A stretch of DNA of 64,000 nucleotides, taken from Octopus sinensis (lineage: Eukaryota). The notes beneath the pieces are model-generated. The model was not told where the DNA came from. It saw only the letters and a program-made list of their open reading frames with translations, and ran no database searches. The stretch covers positions 32,302,001 through 32,366,000 of the forward strand of contig NC_043001.1 in assembly GCF_006345805.1 (NCBI RefSeq), in the 5' to 3' direction. A program made the translations under genes and the position numbers. Within the stretch, counting starts at the first letter, position 1. The number at the start of each line of letters is the position of its first letter. Shown one piece after another: positions 1-11,945 of the stretch.

Positions 1-569
1 GATATTACTCGTACAATGTTATCAAGCAAATCTGTTATAAAACCCGCAGAATCTATAACCTCCCGGTATATATGAAAGAAAATAATTCAATGTCTTATCT
101 TTCGATTTTTCTTTTTTTGAAAACGGCATGGTGTAATTTGGAGAAGATTTAACTGTTGTTTCAAGCATGTCGAATGACCATGTAGCACACTTTTAGCAAT
201 TCATTATGTTGACTATTATATTAAATCTCACAAGTTGTACTGAATTTTTTTTTGCCATTTGCTTTCTTACTTCTGCATCGATACCTTACATGCGGGCTAA
301 ATCGTAAATGCTTCCATGTCCGATAAAGTAACTTGACTTCTTATTAGCGTGTATTGTTGTTTAGTTCGAAATCATCGCTGATTCAAAATACTTTGAATCA
401 CATTCATTCCAACGATGACCTCCCTGTTGTTTGCTTCCAATTCTTCAATATCAAACATGGCCTCAGATATCATCTGTTTAAGGCAGCCGGTTGTTAATCA
501 AGGGAAATCTAGCTGCAACAAAATCGCAGGTCAAGTATAAAGGATAATAGTGGGTTGGTAGTATCATTA

Positions 570-1740
570 GAGCAGAGGAAAAATGCCTTGCGACATTTCT
601 TTCGCTTGTATACGGTCTATATTCAGACACTGCTGTGGTCAACTTTTTCTGCTGTACTTTTGGGATTGATAAAATAATGTATCCGCTGGAGTACTGAAGT
701 CATTGGAATAGGCTGACACCCTGACCTCAAAAATTATTAGCTTTTTGCCTAAACCAGGAACCATTGGAGCGTCGGAAAATAATTCCTTGCCCTATTTGTT
801 CCGGCTACATACTTTCTGAGTTCAAATGTCGCTGTGGTCAACTTTGCCAGTCATCCTATTGTAATCGATTAAAATAATGTAATACCAGTTATGTATTGGT
901 GTCGATGGAATCGTTTCATCGAACTCCTCAAAATTATCGACCTTGTGCCTAAATCAGAAACTATTCTTATTTCTTTATTTATTTCTTTACTACCCACAAG
1001 GAGCTACACACAGAGGAGACAAACAAGGACAGACAAACGGATTAAGTCGATTATATCGACCCCAGTGCGTAACTGGTACTTATTTAATCGATCCCGAAAG
1101 GATGAAAGGCAAAGTTGACCTCGGCAGAATTTGAACTCAGAACGTAGTGGCAGACGAAATACCGCTAGGCATTTCGCCCGGCGTGCTAACCCTTCTGCTA
1201 GCTCGCTGCCTTAAAATCAGAAACCATTCTTGCTATATAAATGGGAGTATATGATTGGTTGCAATGGAAGAGAGCTAGAATAAATAGTTTCCATAATTTA
1301 ATTTGGTACAAGACGGAAAGCTGCTACAGTACACTGGACAAAACGCTTTGTGGCATTTCTTTTGTCTTTATGTTATGGGTCAGTGGTCAACTTTGCCTTT
1401 AATTCAATCTCGGTTGAGCACTGGGGTCGATGTAATTGATTAGCACCCTACCTTAAAATTTCAGGCCTTGTCCCTACTATAGAAACGATTATTTAATTTG
1501 ATTCATAGCACACAGGACAAATACTTAGTGGTATTCTGTCTGCCTTTATGATCTGAGTTAAAATTCCGCCGATGAAAGGCTGACTTTGCCTTTCACCCTT
1601 TTGGGGTCGATAAAATAAGTACTAGATAAGCATTAAGGTTGATGTAATCAACTTTCACTCTGCTAAAATTTCAGGCTATGGGACTATAACGGGTAGGATT
1701 AGCTAACTTGGTGTGTTCATACTCTTCTGAGTTCAAATAT
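570..1740 (+). mobile_element. Cluster of about 5 old, diverged SINE A copies (tail b), interrupted by the young minus-strand copy
   Basis: Repeated degenerate GTTCAAAT...GTCAACTTTGCC...GGGGTCGAT...AAAATTTCAGGCCTTGT modules near 590, 810, 1330, 1520 and 1720. Confidence 0.7.
969..1213 (-). mobile_element. SINE family A, young subfamily (tail a), full length with TSD
   Basis: Head GGCAGCGAGCTAGCAGAAGGGTTAGCACGCCGGGCGAAATG with B-box GTTCAAATTC; body CCTTTCATCCTTTCGGGATCGATTAAATAAGTACCAG; tail TTGTGGGTAGTAAAGAAAT. An 18-bp TSD AAATCAGAAAC(T/C)ATTCTT lies at 951-968 and 1214-1231. Confidence 0.9.
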
Positions 1741-2371
1741 GGTGTGCCAGCCGAAATTTTCTCTATCAAGAAATTAACCTTGTCCTAAGATGTGTACGCG
1801 ATAACCGGGACTCGAAATTTTTCCATTCCCATAAAACACGTTTTGAAAACGATTATCAATATTAATATTGATTGAAGTAAAGATTAAAATCAACACACAC
1901 ACACACACACACACACAAGCACACACACAAGTACACAAGCCAACCCACAAACTAAAGTGGGTTGTGTTAGCATATAAATTCATGCACGACCATTGCATAT
2001 AAAGCATATTTATATGCAGTGACATGAGACGCATTTCATAAATTACAAGTTACAGATAATGACGTAGGCAGCTCATAAATCAGATCAGTAATCAACGAAG
2101 AAGAAAAAATAAAAACAAAAACAACAACAATAATAGCATCGTGCTACCTTTTTATAAAATAACTAGTTAGGCCCTAACGTCTAATCTGTCTACCATATCT
2201 GAGTAATTGATTATATCATTCGAAATGTTTTACCTTTCTTTTACTACAAACATTAAAAACACCACCACTGCTGCTACTACTACTACTACTATTACTACTA
2301 CTACTACCACCGCTGCTGCTGCTCTTGCTCTGAATAATTATGCTATCAGTAATACTACTATCACTGAGGAG

Positions 2372-2676
2372 GAAACCCCCTTCGGTCATGGATGACCATG
2401 GGATTGCACCTAGAATGTTATTCTCCGAGGCACAAGTCAGGGCAAGAAGGCTAGCAGTCGCCCAGGCATGTCAGCGTCTCCTCTCCACACCACTGATGTT
2501 ATCCAAGGGAAAGGCAAGGGCCAATACAACCTGGCATCAGTGACGTCACAACACATTTCTACTGGAGCAATGTGAAATAAAGTGTCTTACTCAAGAACAC
2601 AATACGCAGCCCGGTCCGGGAATCGAACTCACGATTGTAAGCCCTACGCTCTAACCACTAAGCCATGCGCCTTCAC
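2372..2676 (-). mobile_element. SINE family C (tRNA head plus CORE-like domain)
   Basis: Reverse complement starts GTGAAGGCGCATGGCTTAGTGGTTAGAGCG with a GAGTTCGATTCCC B-box. Colinear with copies at 28828, 31799 and 60506. Confidence 0.85.
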
Positions 2677-3084
2677 ACTACTCTCACTAATAAAATTGTT
2701 ATTGATATAAGTACAAAATCAGAAATCAGAGATAAGTCCTTAACAAGTACTCATTTTAATCCGCCCCGAAGAAATGAAAGCTAAACTTTATTCCGACGTG
2801 TCAAGAACTTAGAACATAGAGAACCGGAACAAACACCGCAGGCACTTTTCCGGCGCTCTGAAGATTCTAGGCCAGCAATTTTGAGAGGTCTAATCATTTC
2901 CATCGACTCCAGTGTTTAACTGATATTTTATCCAATCGATCCTGGAGATATAAAAAAGAAAAGTTGACGTCGCTGGCATTCGATGACAGAACGTAATAAA
3001 TAGCAAGAAGGAATATCGCAAATCATTGTATATTTAACAAGCCAACGGTTCAAACAGCTCATCAACATAAATGACTGTTTCTAA

Positions 3085-3475
3085 TCTCTCTCTATATAAA
3101 GCTGAAGTTGTCTGTGTATGGCAGGTTTGGTAGCCTTCAACTAACATTATCTCCTCCGAGACCCTGCGGTGCAAGTTGACCAAAATTGAAAGTATGATAG
3201 AAGAAGGCTCGCTCTTCCTTCCTTAGAAGAAAAAATTCAAATTGGACCATGTTGACACCAAAAATTATTTACATCAAAAAGGTGCTTTTTTCTATGAAAA
3301 TCTCTATTTTTTACGATTTTTTGACCGCTGTGTCGCCATTTTTCGGTGTATTTCAACCAGAAAAATGTTCACTTAAAGAGAATAACAAGCTACATAATGC
3401 AAAATTTTTACTTTTCAAAAATTCCAATTCTAAAGGGTTGAAACAAACCCGAGCAACGCCGGACGATACTGCTAG
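3085..3475 (+). mobile_element. Non-autonomous Helitron
   Basis: 5' TC terminus (TCTCTCTCTATATAAAG) follows an A; subterminal GC hairpin CCGAGCAACGCCGG at 3449-3462; 3' CTAG followed by T. This is an A|TC...CTAG|T insertion without TSD. Confidence 0.8.
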
Positions 3476-3694
3476 TTTAGACATAAAGCCAGAAATTTGG
3501 AAGGGAGTCAGTTAGTCGTTACCCTCTATCCAAGTGACTGACCGCTACTTTACTATCTCGACTATGGAGGAATGAAATGCAAAGTTGGCTTCGGCATGAT
3601 TCGATTTCAGATCGTAAAGAACCCAAATATACCATGTCGGACAATTTCCGACGGTTGATAACAGCAACAACAACAACAACAATAATAATAATAA

Positions 3695-3878
3695 TAGTTT
3701 CAAATTTTGCCACAAGGGCAGCAATTTTGTGGGAGTGGATGAGTCGATTACATCGACCCCGGTGTTTCACTGGTACTTAATTTATCGACCCCGAAAGGAT
3801 GAAAAGCAAAGTCGACCAGACGAAATAACGCTAAACAGTTTCGTCCTGCGCGCTAACGATTCTGCCAGCTCGCCGCCT
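3695..3878 (-). mobile_element. SINE A old subfamily (tail b) ending in an (ATT)n/(GTT)n tail; similar minus copies at ~4680-4970, 9080-9170, 13880-14090, 41870-42040, 42200-42370, 42540-42750, 43630-43850
   Basis: Plus strand reads ATCGACCCC...CTGGTACTTAATTTATCGACCCCGAAAGGATGAAA. Several of these copies are directly preceded on the plus strand by (AAT)n/(AAC)n tracts. Confidence 0.8.
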
Positions 3879-3879
3879 T

Positions 3880-3902
3880 AGTAGTAGTAGTAGTAGTAGC
3901 AG

Positions 3903-3940
<38 letters not shown>

Positions 3941-3948
3941 GCAGCAGC

Positions 3949-4020
<72 letters not shown>

Positions 4021-4033
4021 ATAACAATAATAA
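3880..4033. repeat. Compound trinucleotide microsatellite (TAG)n(CAT)n(CAG)n(TAG)n
   Basis: Direct inspection; source of the poly-L/M/T pseudo-ORF. Confidence 0.95.
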
Positions 4034-5319
4034 TGCTTTTATTAACTACAAGAGTTGAGCTGAAGGATTTGCTTCTAAAGTGGACCCAGGTCACGTATAT
4101 TCACACAGCCTCTTCTGAATAAAACCATGTTATGAATGGAGTGAAATGTGAAGGACCACTTACCTTATTCTCATGGAAGGACCAGTGATTTGTCCTTTCG
4201 TTCCGATTATTTGAAGGTGTTTCCACTAGCCAAGTTCGGATAACTTCCATTCCTTCGGAATATCTTATTTTTAGATTTTTGTAAGTTTCTTTAATCGCTT
4301 TTAGGATTGATACGCGTGAGGTTATGTTATTTGTTAGCGCTATGCAGTGCTTGTGTGTAATGCTTGTGAAATGATGTATGTTATTCGTTAATTCTTTCCT
4401 GTTTGTTTTTATGGCTGTTATGGCGACAGTGGTTTGGCTGTCACCGTCCATTCTATCATTTTCATTGCCATTGTTGCTTTAATCACCTCCGCTTATCATA
4501 TTGATATTAGTACTGATTGCTTTGGTTTAAAGTCACTGTTAAAGTGATGGGGAGGACGTGAAAACAGTTACCCTACTCGCACCCTGTGAAAGATTTCGAG
4601 GCCATGTTTTGATTTTTTTTTAAATGTTCAAGTTGAAGAAAAAATAAGGATTAACAAATTCCACCCCGGTGAGCAATAAGAATAGAACGGAACTGACCAA
4701 TTTCTAGGGATACTGGCCAGTTTTGTAACATCACAAAATAAATAGTTTTGAAAGTAGATTTGATTCATAGTTGAAACAAACAAACTTAACGATTTGAAAA
4801 GACGTCTTGCCAATTTGAAAAGACGTTAGCGTTGGCAGAATCGATAGCGCGCAGGACGACATGCTTAGCGATATTTCGTCTGATCGACTTTGTTTTTCAT
4901 CCTTTCGGGGTTGATAAATTAAGTACCAGTGAAATAGTGGGGTAGATGCAATCGACTCATCCACTCCCATAATAGCTAATTACTTTCCGGCAGAGGAGGT
5001 AAGTTGATACTATCCACCCCAGTACAGGATTAGCACTTTATTTTATTGACCAGAAGAGATAAAAAAAAAAACAAAGCTATTCGTTGTGTGGTTTGAACTC
5101 AGGAGATGAAAAACCCCGTAAATAATTTCTTAACTTATATATATAAAAAAAAAACATCTATTTGAAATTGTTGAAGAAGACAGCTAGGTCATAAAAACAA
5201 GTGTGTAATTCTTTGGCGAGAAAAGTGTTGAGTGGGAAATACGAAAACCAGTATTTGCAAGGGGATCTCTGGTTAAATTATCTGGTTCCAGTGTCTATAT
5301 CTAAACTAAATTAAATACA

Positions 5320-6608
5320 TGCACAGAAATTAGAGAATAAAACATGAAGGTTACATAAAAAATATCTAGAAGAAGACGAAACTGATATGATACACAAACG
5401 AATGCGAAATTTTGGAAAACTATGCTACAGAAGAGTCAAGCTGACACTAAAACAGAATTCAATCTAGGTTCGAATACACTAGCCATTTCAGTAATAGTTT
5501 CAGCAACAAATTTTGGTAGTGAACTGAAGAACTTATAAAGGAGGAATTAGAATACTAACTACTATATTTCGAAACCACCACCAACGACTCTGATATAGAT
5601 ATAATATAATTATCTTGCACACAGGGAGGATGAAGATGTTTAAGAATAAAAAACTGAGGCAAAATAACAATTGTAGGACTGGAGAAAATATTTAGAAATA
5701 AGCATATGAAAATTGGTTATAGCAATAAGGAAACACAAAGGAAAGACAGTTTTCTCTGTATATGTGAATTAAAATTACAATCTAGAATTATCCCTAAGTA
5801 AAGTAAAGAGAGTCAGATCAGAACAGCAGAAAATGTTAAAAATTACAAGGCAAAATTTGACCAACATAATGACAAAAATATCACAAAGTTATGTACACAG
5901 AGTAAAACGCTAGCAAAGATTCAAAAACATTGGGCTTAAAGCAGAAGTGGGTACTTTGATTATAGCTGTACGGATCAATGCCTGGTCACACATAAAAAGA
6001 AAATGAGGCAGATATACTGATAAAAGTTTGCAATAGGATGGAAATCTGAAACGAGACACCGAAGCGCTAATTATTGCCACTCACGAACACGCCATTTCAA
6101 TGAATTTGATAAAAGCAAAGATTGAGATAAAATAGTCAGAGAACAAGTGCAGAATCTGTGAGAAGCAGATGAGAGTATGAAACATACCTTCAGTGAATGT
6201 AATGCCTAGCACTAAAATATTATAAGCGTTAGCATGGCAGGGAGGTATGACAGTGTATTGAGATGTTGGGCGAGTGTGTAGATTCTAAGTAACAGAACAG
6301 CGGTATGAATACGAGTCAGAGGCTGTGAGGTGGAATAAGAATTAGAGAAATTTATGGGATTTCCCCATAAAGACTAACCATATTCTTGAATCAAGAAGAC
6401 TAGTTATGATTGTACAGGGCAAACGCAAAACAAAGAATAAGGTCACAGACAATTATTTCTATGTGCTACCAAAGATGCTGAAGGATACTGGAACTGATAC
6501 AGGAAAGTGCAGCCCTGTATTACGTACGAATCGAAAGATTCTGGAGATTTAAGAATTGTCACCGAACCTGAAGATAACATCCATTACTAACTATAAGAGA
6601 ATGTAATA
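5320..6608 (+). pseudogene. Decayed R4/Dong-clade non-LTR retrotransposon fragment (RT thumb, CCHC knuckle, RLE)
   Basis: Frameshifted motifs CYRRVKLTLK..NTLAISVI, GNLKRDTEALIIA..KAKIE..CRIC and LWDFPIKTNHILESRR. Ends at the (CTA)n(TAA)n array. Confidence 0.7.
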
Positions 6609-6868
<260 letters not shown>

Positions 6869-7680
6869 AGCTGTAAAACTGCTGAAATAAAAACTAGAAC
6901 TGGAACAGCAATGGATCACGATAAAACGATGGCAAGAAAAGCCGTTTCATGGCAAATACTGAGTTAAGCTAAACGCAAAAGAAATAGACAAAGCAAAATC
7001 CCAACAATGGCTGAGAAGCTCAGGATTCAAAGAGGAAACTAAAGGATTTTAATCGCAGCACAAGACCAAACCCTCCCCACCAGAAATTGCCAAAACCATA
7101 TAATGAAAAGAAGCACAAGTAACTTCAGAATATGTGGAAATTGACAAGAAACAATAAATCATATTGTCACTGGCTGCCCAGTCCTGGCTAAGAAGGAATA
7201 TATTCACAGACACGACAGAGTTGGGGTCTATATATACTAGAAGCTATGCCAACACTGAAATAACAACAGAAAAAAGATCGTATAGACACACGTCAGAAAA
7301 GGTCACAAAAATGAGAGAGCAACCATACTATGGGATATGCCAAAACACAGAGAAATTGAAGGCAATAGGTCAGGTATAGTTGTCCGAGATCTCCAAGGTA
7401 AAAATGCTTTCTAATCGATGTATCAATACCAAGAGATGACAACGTTTCTCTAAAAGAAATGGAGAAACTTTCAAAATACAAAGACCTAGAAACAGAGGCA
7501 ACTCGAATGTGAAATCTAAAAACAGAAATATTTTCTATATTAGACGCATTAGGTATGATAAAAAGTTTTCAGACAAATACATAACAAAGACACCAGGACT
7601 AACAAATATATATAACATACAGAAAATAGTTCTATTAGGCACTGCACACATCTTACGTAAAAGACTTTCAATATACACAG
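6869..7680 (+). pseudogene. 5'-truncated R4/Dong-clade LINE (CCHC plus RLE domain)
   Basis: WQEKPFHGKY...SQQWLRSSGFKEETKG/IAAQDQTLPTRN...RICGN*QETINHIVTGCPVLAKKEYIHRHDRV...LIDVSIPRDDNVSLKEMEKLSKYKDL...IQKIVLLGTAHILRKRLSI. (TAA)n lies upstream and again ~60 bp downstream. Confidence 0.88.
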
Positions 7681-7765
7681 CTGCGCTCAGTAGTGCAATG
7701 AAAGCACGTGATAAAAATAAGACTACTGAATAATAAAAATAATAATAATAATAATAATAATAATA

Positions 7766-8000
7766 CTGCATCATAGATATAGCATGCCCAGTTGACAACA
7801 AGGCATGCGATAAGGAAGAAGGAAAAGAAAGCAAACTATGCTGGATCATAGATATAACATGCCCAGCTGACAACAAGGTATGCGATAAGGAAGAAAGAAA
7901 AGTCGATAGATATGACAGGTTAGCTTGGGAGGTTAAGCAGTTGTGGTCGATGAAAAAGGTGGTAGTAGTACCAATAATTTTCGGAGCCCTGGGGAACAGT
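7766..8000 (+). pseudogene. Short R4/Dong RLE fragment with a duplicated 5' 62 bp
   Basis: CWIIDITCPADNKVCDKEERKVDRYDRLAWEVKQLWSMKKVVVVPIIFGALG; starts immediately after a (TAA)n tract. Confidence 0.8.
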
Positions 8001-8002
8001 CA

Positions 8003-8145
8003 TCAACTAAATCCCCTCACAAGGCTTTGGTCAGCTCGAGGCTATAGTAGAAGATACTTGTCCAAGGTGCTACGCAGCGGGACTGAACCCGGAATCCTGT
8101 GGTTGGTAAGCAAGCTACGTAGCACACATCCACTCCTGCGCCTAT
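8003..8145 (-). mobile_element. SINE family D, 5' head/CORE part only
   Basis: Reverse complement ATAGGCGCAGGAGTGGATGTGTGCT...GGTTCAGTCCC...CACCTTGGACAAGTATCTTCTACTATAGCC matches 59311-59470. Confidence 0.85.
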
Positions 8146-8149
8146 GTAG

Positions 8150-9070
8150 GTAACTGTGAAGAAAGTTTATTAAGAGCTGCAATAGGAACGGTAGGAGATA
8201 GGGAAACGAAAAAATTGAAGTTAAAGACCAGGAGAAAGAAGAAAGATTATCTGATGGCAAGAAAAAGGCTTTGCACGGTATATTTCCAGAGATAGTGACA
8301 GAAAATAATAATAGTGAGACATGGTTGCCGTTTCAGAAAAGAAGGCTGAAAAGGAGACAGATAGTTTGTTAGTAGCAGCACAGGATCAGGCACTGAGGAC
8401 TAACTGGATAAAAGTCACGATAGAAAAATCTCAGGCTGATTCCTGATGTCGGCTATGTAAATAAAAAGAGGGAAATGTTATTCATATAGTTAGTGAATGT
8501 AGTATACTGGCACAAAGAATACACGAATACAAGAAAAGGCACGACAATCTACGGAGAAAACTCCATTGGGAGTTATGTAGAGAGCCCGGATTTAACCACA
8601 CTGTTAAGTGGTATGAGCATGACCCTAATAAAGTCCTAGAAAGTAAAAAACATAAGACGTTGTGGGACTTTAACATTGAGAGGGACAGAGTAACAGAAGC
8701 TAGGAGGCCTGAATTAGTAGTATTAGACAAAAAGGATAGAAAGTTCCAAGGAATTTATTTTACAGTCTCAAATGATTAGCAATATGAAAAGTATAGACAA
8801 AATAAGACCTAGTATAAGGACCTAGCAATTGAGTTACAGAGGCTATAGAAAGTGTAGAATATATCCCTATAGTTATAAATTTATTAGGAACTATTCCTAA
8901 AAATTTGGACAGATGAATAGAGGAAATCTTAGTGCAGCTTCAGAGCCAGTATTATTAGAGACAGGATACGTAGGAAATTTCTTGTCATCTGAGGTTTTTT
9001 GTTGTTATCCAATGTTAGGAATTGTTTCCAACAATCTAATCTGTTGGAGATATATGAAATATAAATAATA
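8150..9070 (+). pseudogene. Further R4/Dong-clade fragment (CCHC plus RLE plus 3' UTR), different subfamily
   Basis: KKALHGIF...LLVAAQDQALRTNWIK...CRLCK...HIVSECSILAQ...RHDNLRRKLHWELC...WYEHDPNKVLES...LWDFNIERDRVTEARRPELVVLDK. Confidence 0.85.
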
Positions 9071-9189
9071 ATTCTTTCTAAAACAGGCATTAGGTCTGAA
9101 ACTGTGGGGGAGGAGGTTAATCGATTATATCGACCCCAGTGTTGGTCTGATACTTATTCAATCGACTCAGAATAATAATGGCATCTTTT

Positions 9190-11300
9190 ATTACGATTCT
9201 CCAATCATTTATGAAAGTAAGTTTCACTGACACTTTGTTCTGTAACGACTCACCAATGAAGGATTTACCACACCATAAGCTTCCTCTGATGGAGGATTCA
9301 GCAATTACATCTGGTGAACGATTTGCCGATCAACTAAATTCCATCAATACAACGTTCCAATATGGTGCCTGCCGAAGAAGTTATCACACCATTAACTACC
9401 ATTGATATAATGTAAACATGGACACACTGTTCTGCAATAATATCCGTTAAACGATTTATCACATCAAAACCTCCACTGCTACAGTTCTCTACAATTGCAT
9501 TCATTGAAGTATTTTCCCATCAGTAACTTCCACTGAAATCATATCTCATAAATATATCCACTAAATGAGTTAGCAACAACAAAATTCTACAGATAGTTTT
9601 CCACAATTAGCATCTTCCGAGGGAATTATCACAATGGAAACTTGCATTGCTGCAATTTTCCATGATGAAATCCACTTTAAAAATTATCATATCAATATAT
9701 ACACATAGTATAGTATTCCACAATGGCATCAAATGAAAGAATTATATCAGTAACCTCTACAGATGCAGTGTTCCACAATGATATCTACCGAAGGATTTAT
9801 CTCGGCAAAATCTTCTCTGGGTCATTTGCCACACGTTTAACGTCAATTAATACAGTATTCCGTAGTGAGATCTACAAAAGAATAGATCAGACCTGTGACT
9901 TCTTGTACTGTGTTATCACACTGAAAACTTCCATTAATACAATGTTCCACAATGACATTCAGCGAAAGATTTTCCACACGTTTAACTGAAATTGATATAG
10001 TGCTCCACAATTACATCCACCGAGTACCGTTATCATGTTTACATTCTATTGATTGCATTTCTCAATGACAACCACTGAAGGAGTTATCACACCAGTAAAT
10101 TCCACAAACATAGAGTTCCACAGTGACATCCCATGAAATGCTTACAACTCTAGTAAATTCTCGTCGTATGTGTCAGCCATGATATCCACTGAAAACGTTG
10201 TCACACAACTAACTTAAAGCTATACAGTATTGCCAAGCCAATATCTACGGCAGACAACGATACCACATCATCAACTACCACTGATACACTGTCACCACAC
10301 CAGAAATTTCTGTTGGTATATTATTCTCCAATGGCACCGACCGAAAATTTCATCACTTCAGTATATTTCTTCTAATGTATTTATTCCACCAAAATCTTCC
10401 TCTGATGCCCTGTTCCACATGGAAACCCACAGAAGTATTTATCACGTCAGCGACTCCCATTCTGTAGCGTTACCAGTTCAGCAACTTACTTTCATACATT
10501 GTTCCACAATGATATTCAACGTATGTTTTGCCATGCATGGAAAGTGACAAATTTCCACAGAGACAATGTTCCACTATTATCTCCACCGAAAGATTTGTCA
10601 CTGCACCAATTTCTATTGAGATTGTTTCACAATGTCAGCCAGTAACTTCCATTGACACAGTGATCCACATAGACATCCCATAAAATATTTACCTTACTTA
10701 GACCTTCCATTGACAGATGTTCCACAAAGACACCTACCAAAATATTTATAATAGTAATTTCCACTGATAGTGTTGTCACGCCTATAATTTCCACTGATAT
10801 GATAATACTACACCAGTAATTTCAATGGCAACAGATGAAGTATTCACCACACCAATATATTCCACTAATACAGCATTCCGCAATTAGGTCTCAAGTATTT
10901 ACCACAGTAGTAATTTCCACTAATAAAATGTGGTCAATAAACTAACTCCCACAGCACCTCTAATTTCCATTCATATAATCTTACAACGCTGGTCATTTCC
11001 ATTGATATAATGTTCCACAGTCAATCTACAGAATGGAATGCAATATCAGAGGAATTTACTGGCCTAGTGAAATCTTCGGTTGATATAATTATGGAACATG
11101 CAGTCCATAATTACAACTCTCCCTATGAATTTACCACATTAGTAACCTTCGTTGATACATCGTAAATTAATGACACCCACAGAAACATATACAGCGCCAA
11201 TGACTTTTACTGATGCAGTGTCCACATTTACGCCCACCGAAGCATACTCCACTAAATTATGCAGTATATCAGAATACAAGATAACTCCTTCACATGTACA
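9190..11300 (+). repeat. Degenerate ~58-bp tandem array (about 35 units, 29-bp sub-period)
   Basis: TTCCAC-like anchors at 9238, 9297, 9355, 9430, 9487, 9599, 9658, 9716, 9771, 9858, 9945, 10003, 10059, 10116, 10173 and 10230. Approximate consensus GTTCCACAATGATATCCACTGAAGGATTTATCACACCAGTAACTTCCATTGATACAGT. Confidence 0.8.
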
Positions 11301-11689
11301 GTTTCCACAATATTTTAGAGGAAAATTTATAGACTTGTGTATCAACGAAGATATTTGGAGAATATTACGTGGGAGACTCATGAGATCTTCCGATTAGCTG
11401 GAAATAGCAAATCATTCATTATTGTCTTAAAGAAAAGATTCATTGGAGAGATATTCCTAGATATTCTATGCTTGGAATAGCGATGGGATGCTCACGGCTG
11501 GAACACCTTTGATCATAGATCTGTCTGATAAGGGTTGACTTGGGATTTATACAACTGCTTCGGTATTGATAAAATATAATTACATCGATAAAACAAGTTG
11601 CAAAACGAATCCCTGCTGAACTGAATTAACCTCAGTAATTACCTGTAATACATGATCTAGCGAATCTAATTCTGCGCTATTGTCCTTCT

Positions 11690-11945
11690 CGCTAGAAATA
11701 GCAGCTAAATCGTCCTCAAATCACATCCAACTGTCTTCAAATAGGTGGGAAATATAGGGCGATGCAGTCCTTCCTATAACAACCATACTCTCTCTCTCTC
11801 ACACACACACACACATACACACATACGTGCGCGCGCACAGGTACATACATACACACACATATACACACACACAAACAAAACAAGATGTTCAGGGCTGGAA
11901 TGTCTGATATATATATAGGTCTTCCCATTTAGGGCTAACCTGGCA
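11690..11945 (+). mobile_element. Unclassified interspersed repeat (CTAGAAATAGCAGC...TCAAATCACA family); related pieces at ~11480-11570, ~16015-16050 (minus), ~55040-55200
   Basis: CTAGAAATAGCA and GGCTGGAA...GGG(C/T)T(A/G)AC(C/T)TGG motifs recur at separate loci. Confidence 0.45.

Noticed and set aside
4101-4451. 116-aa minus-strand ORF of ordinary composition
   Set aside because: No recognisable domain or splice context. It may be a retroelement N-terminal remnant but I cannot support a call.
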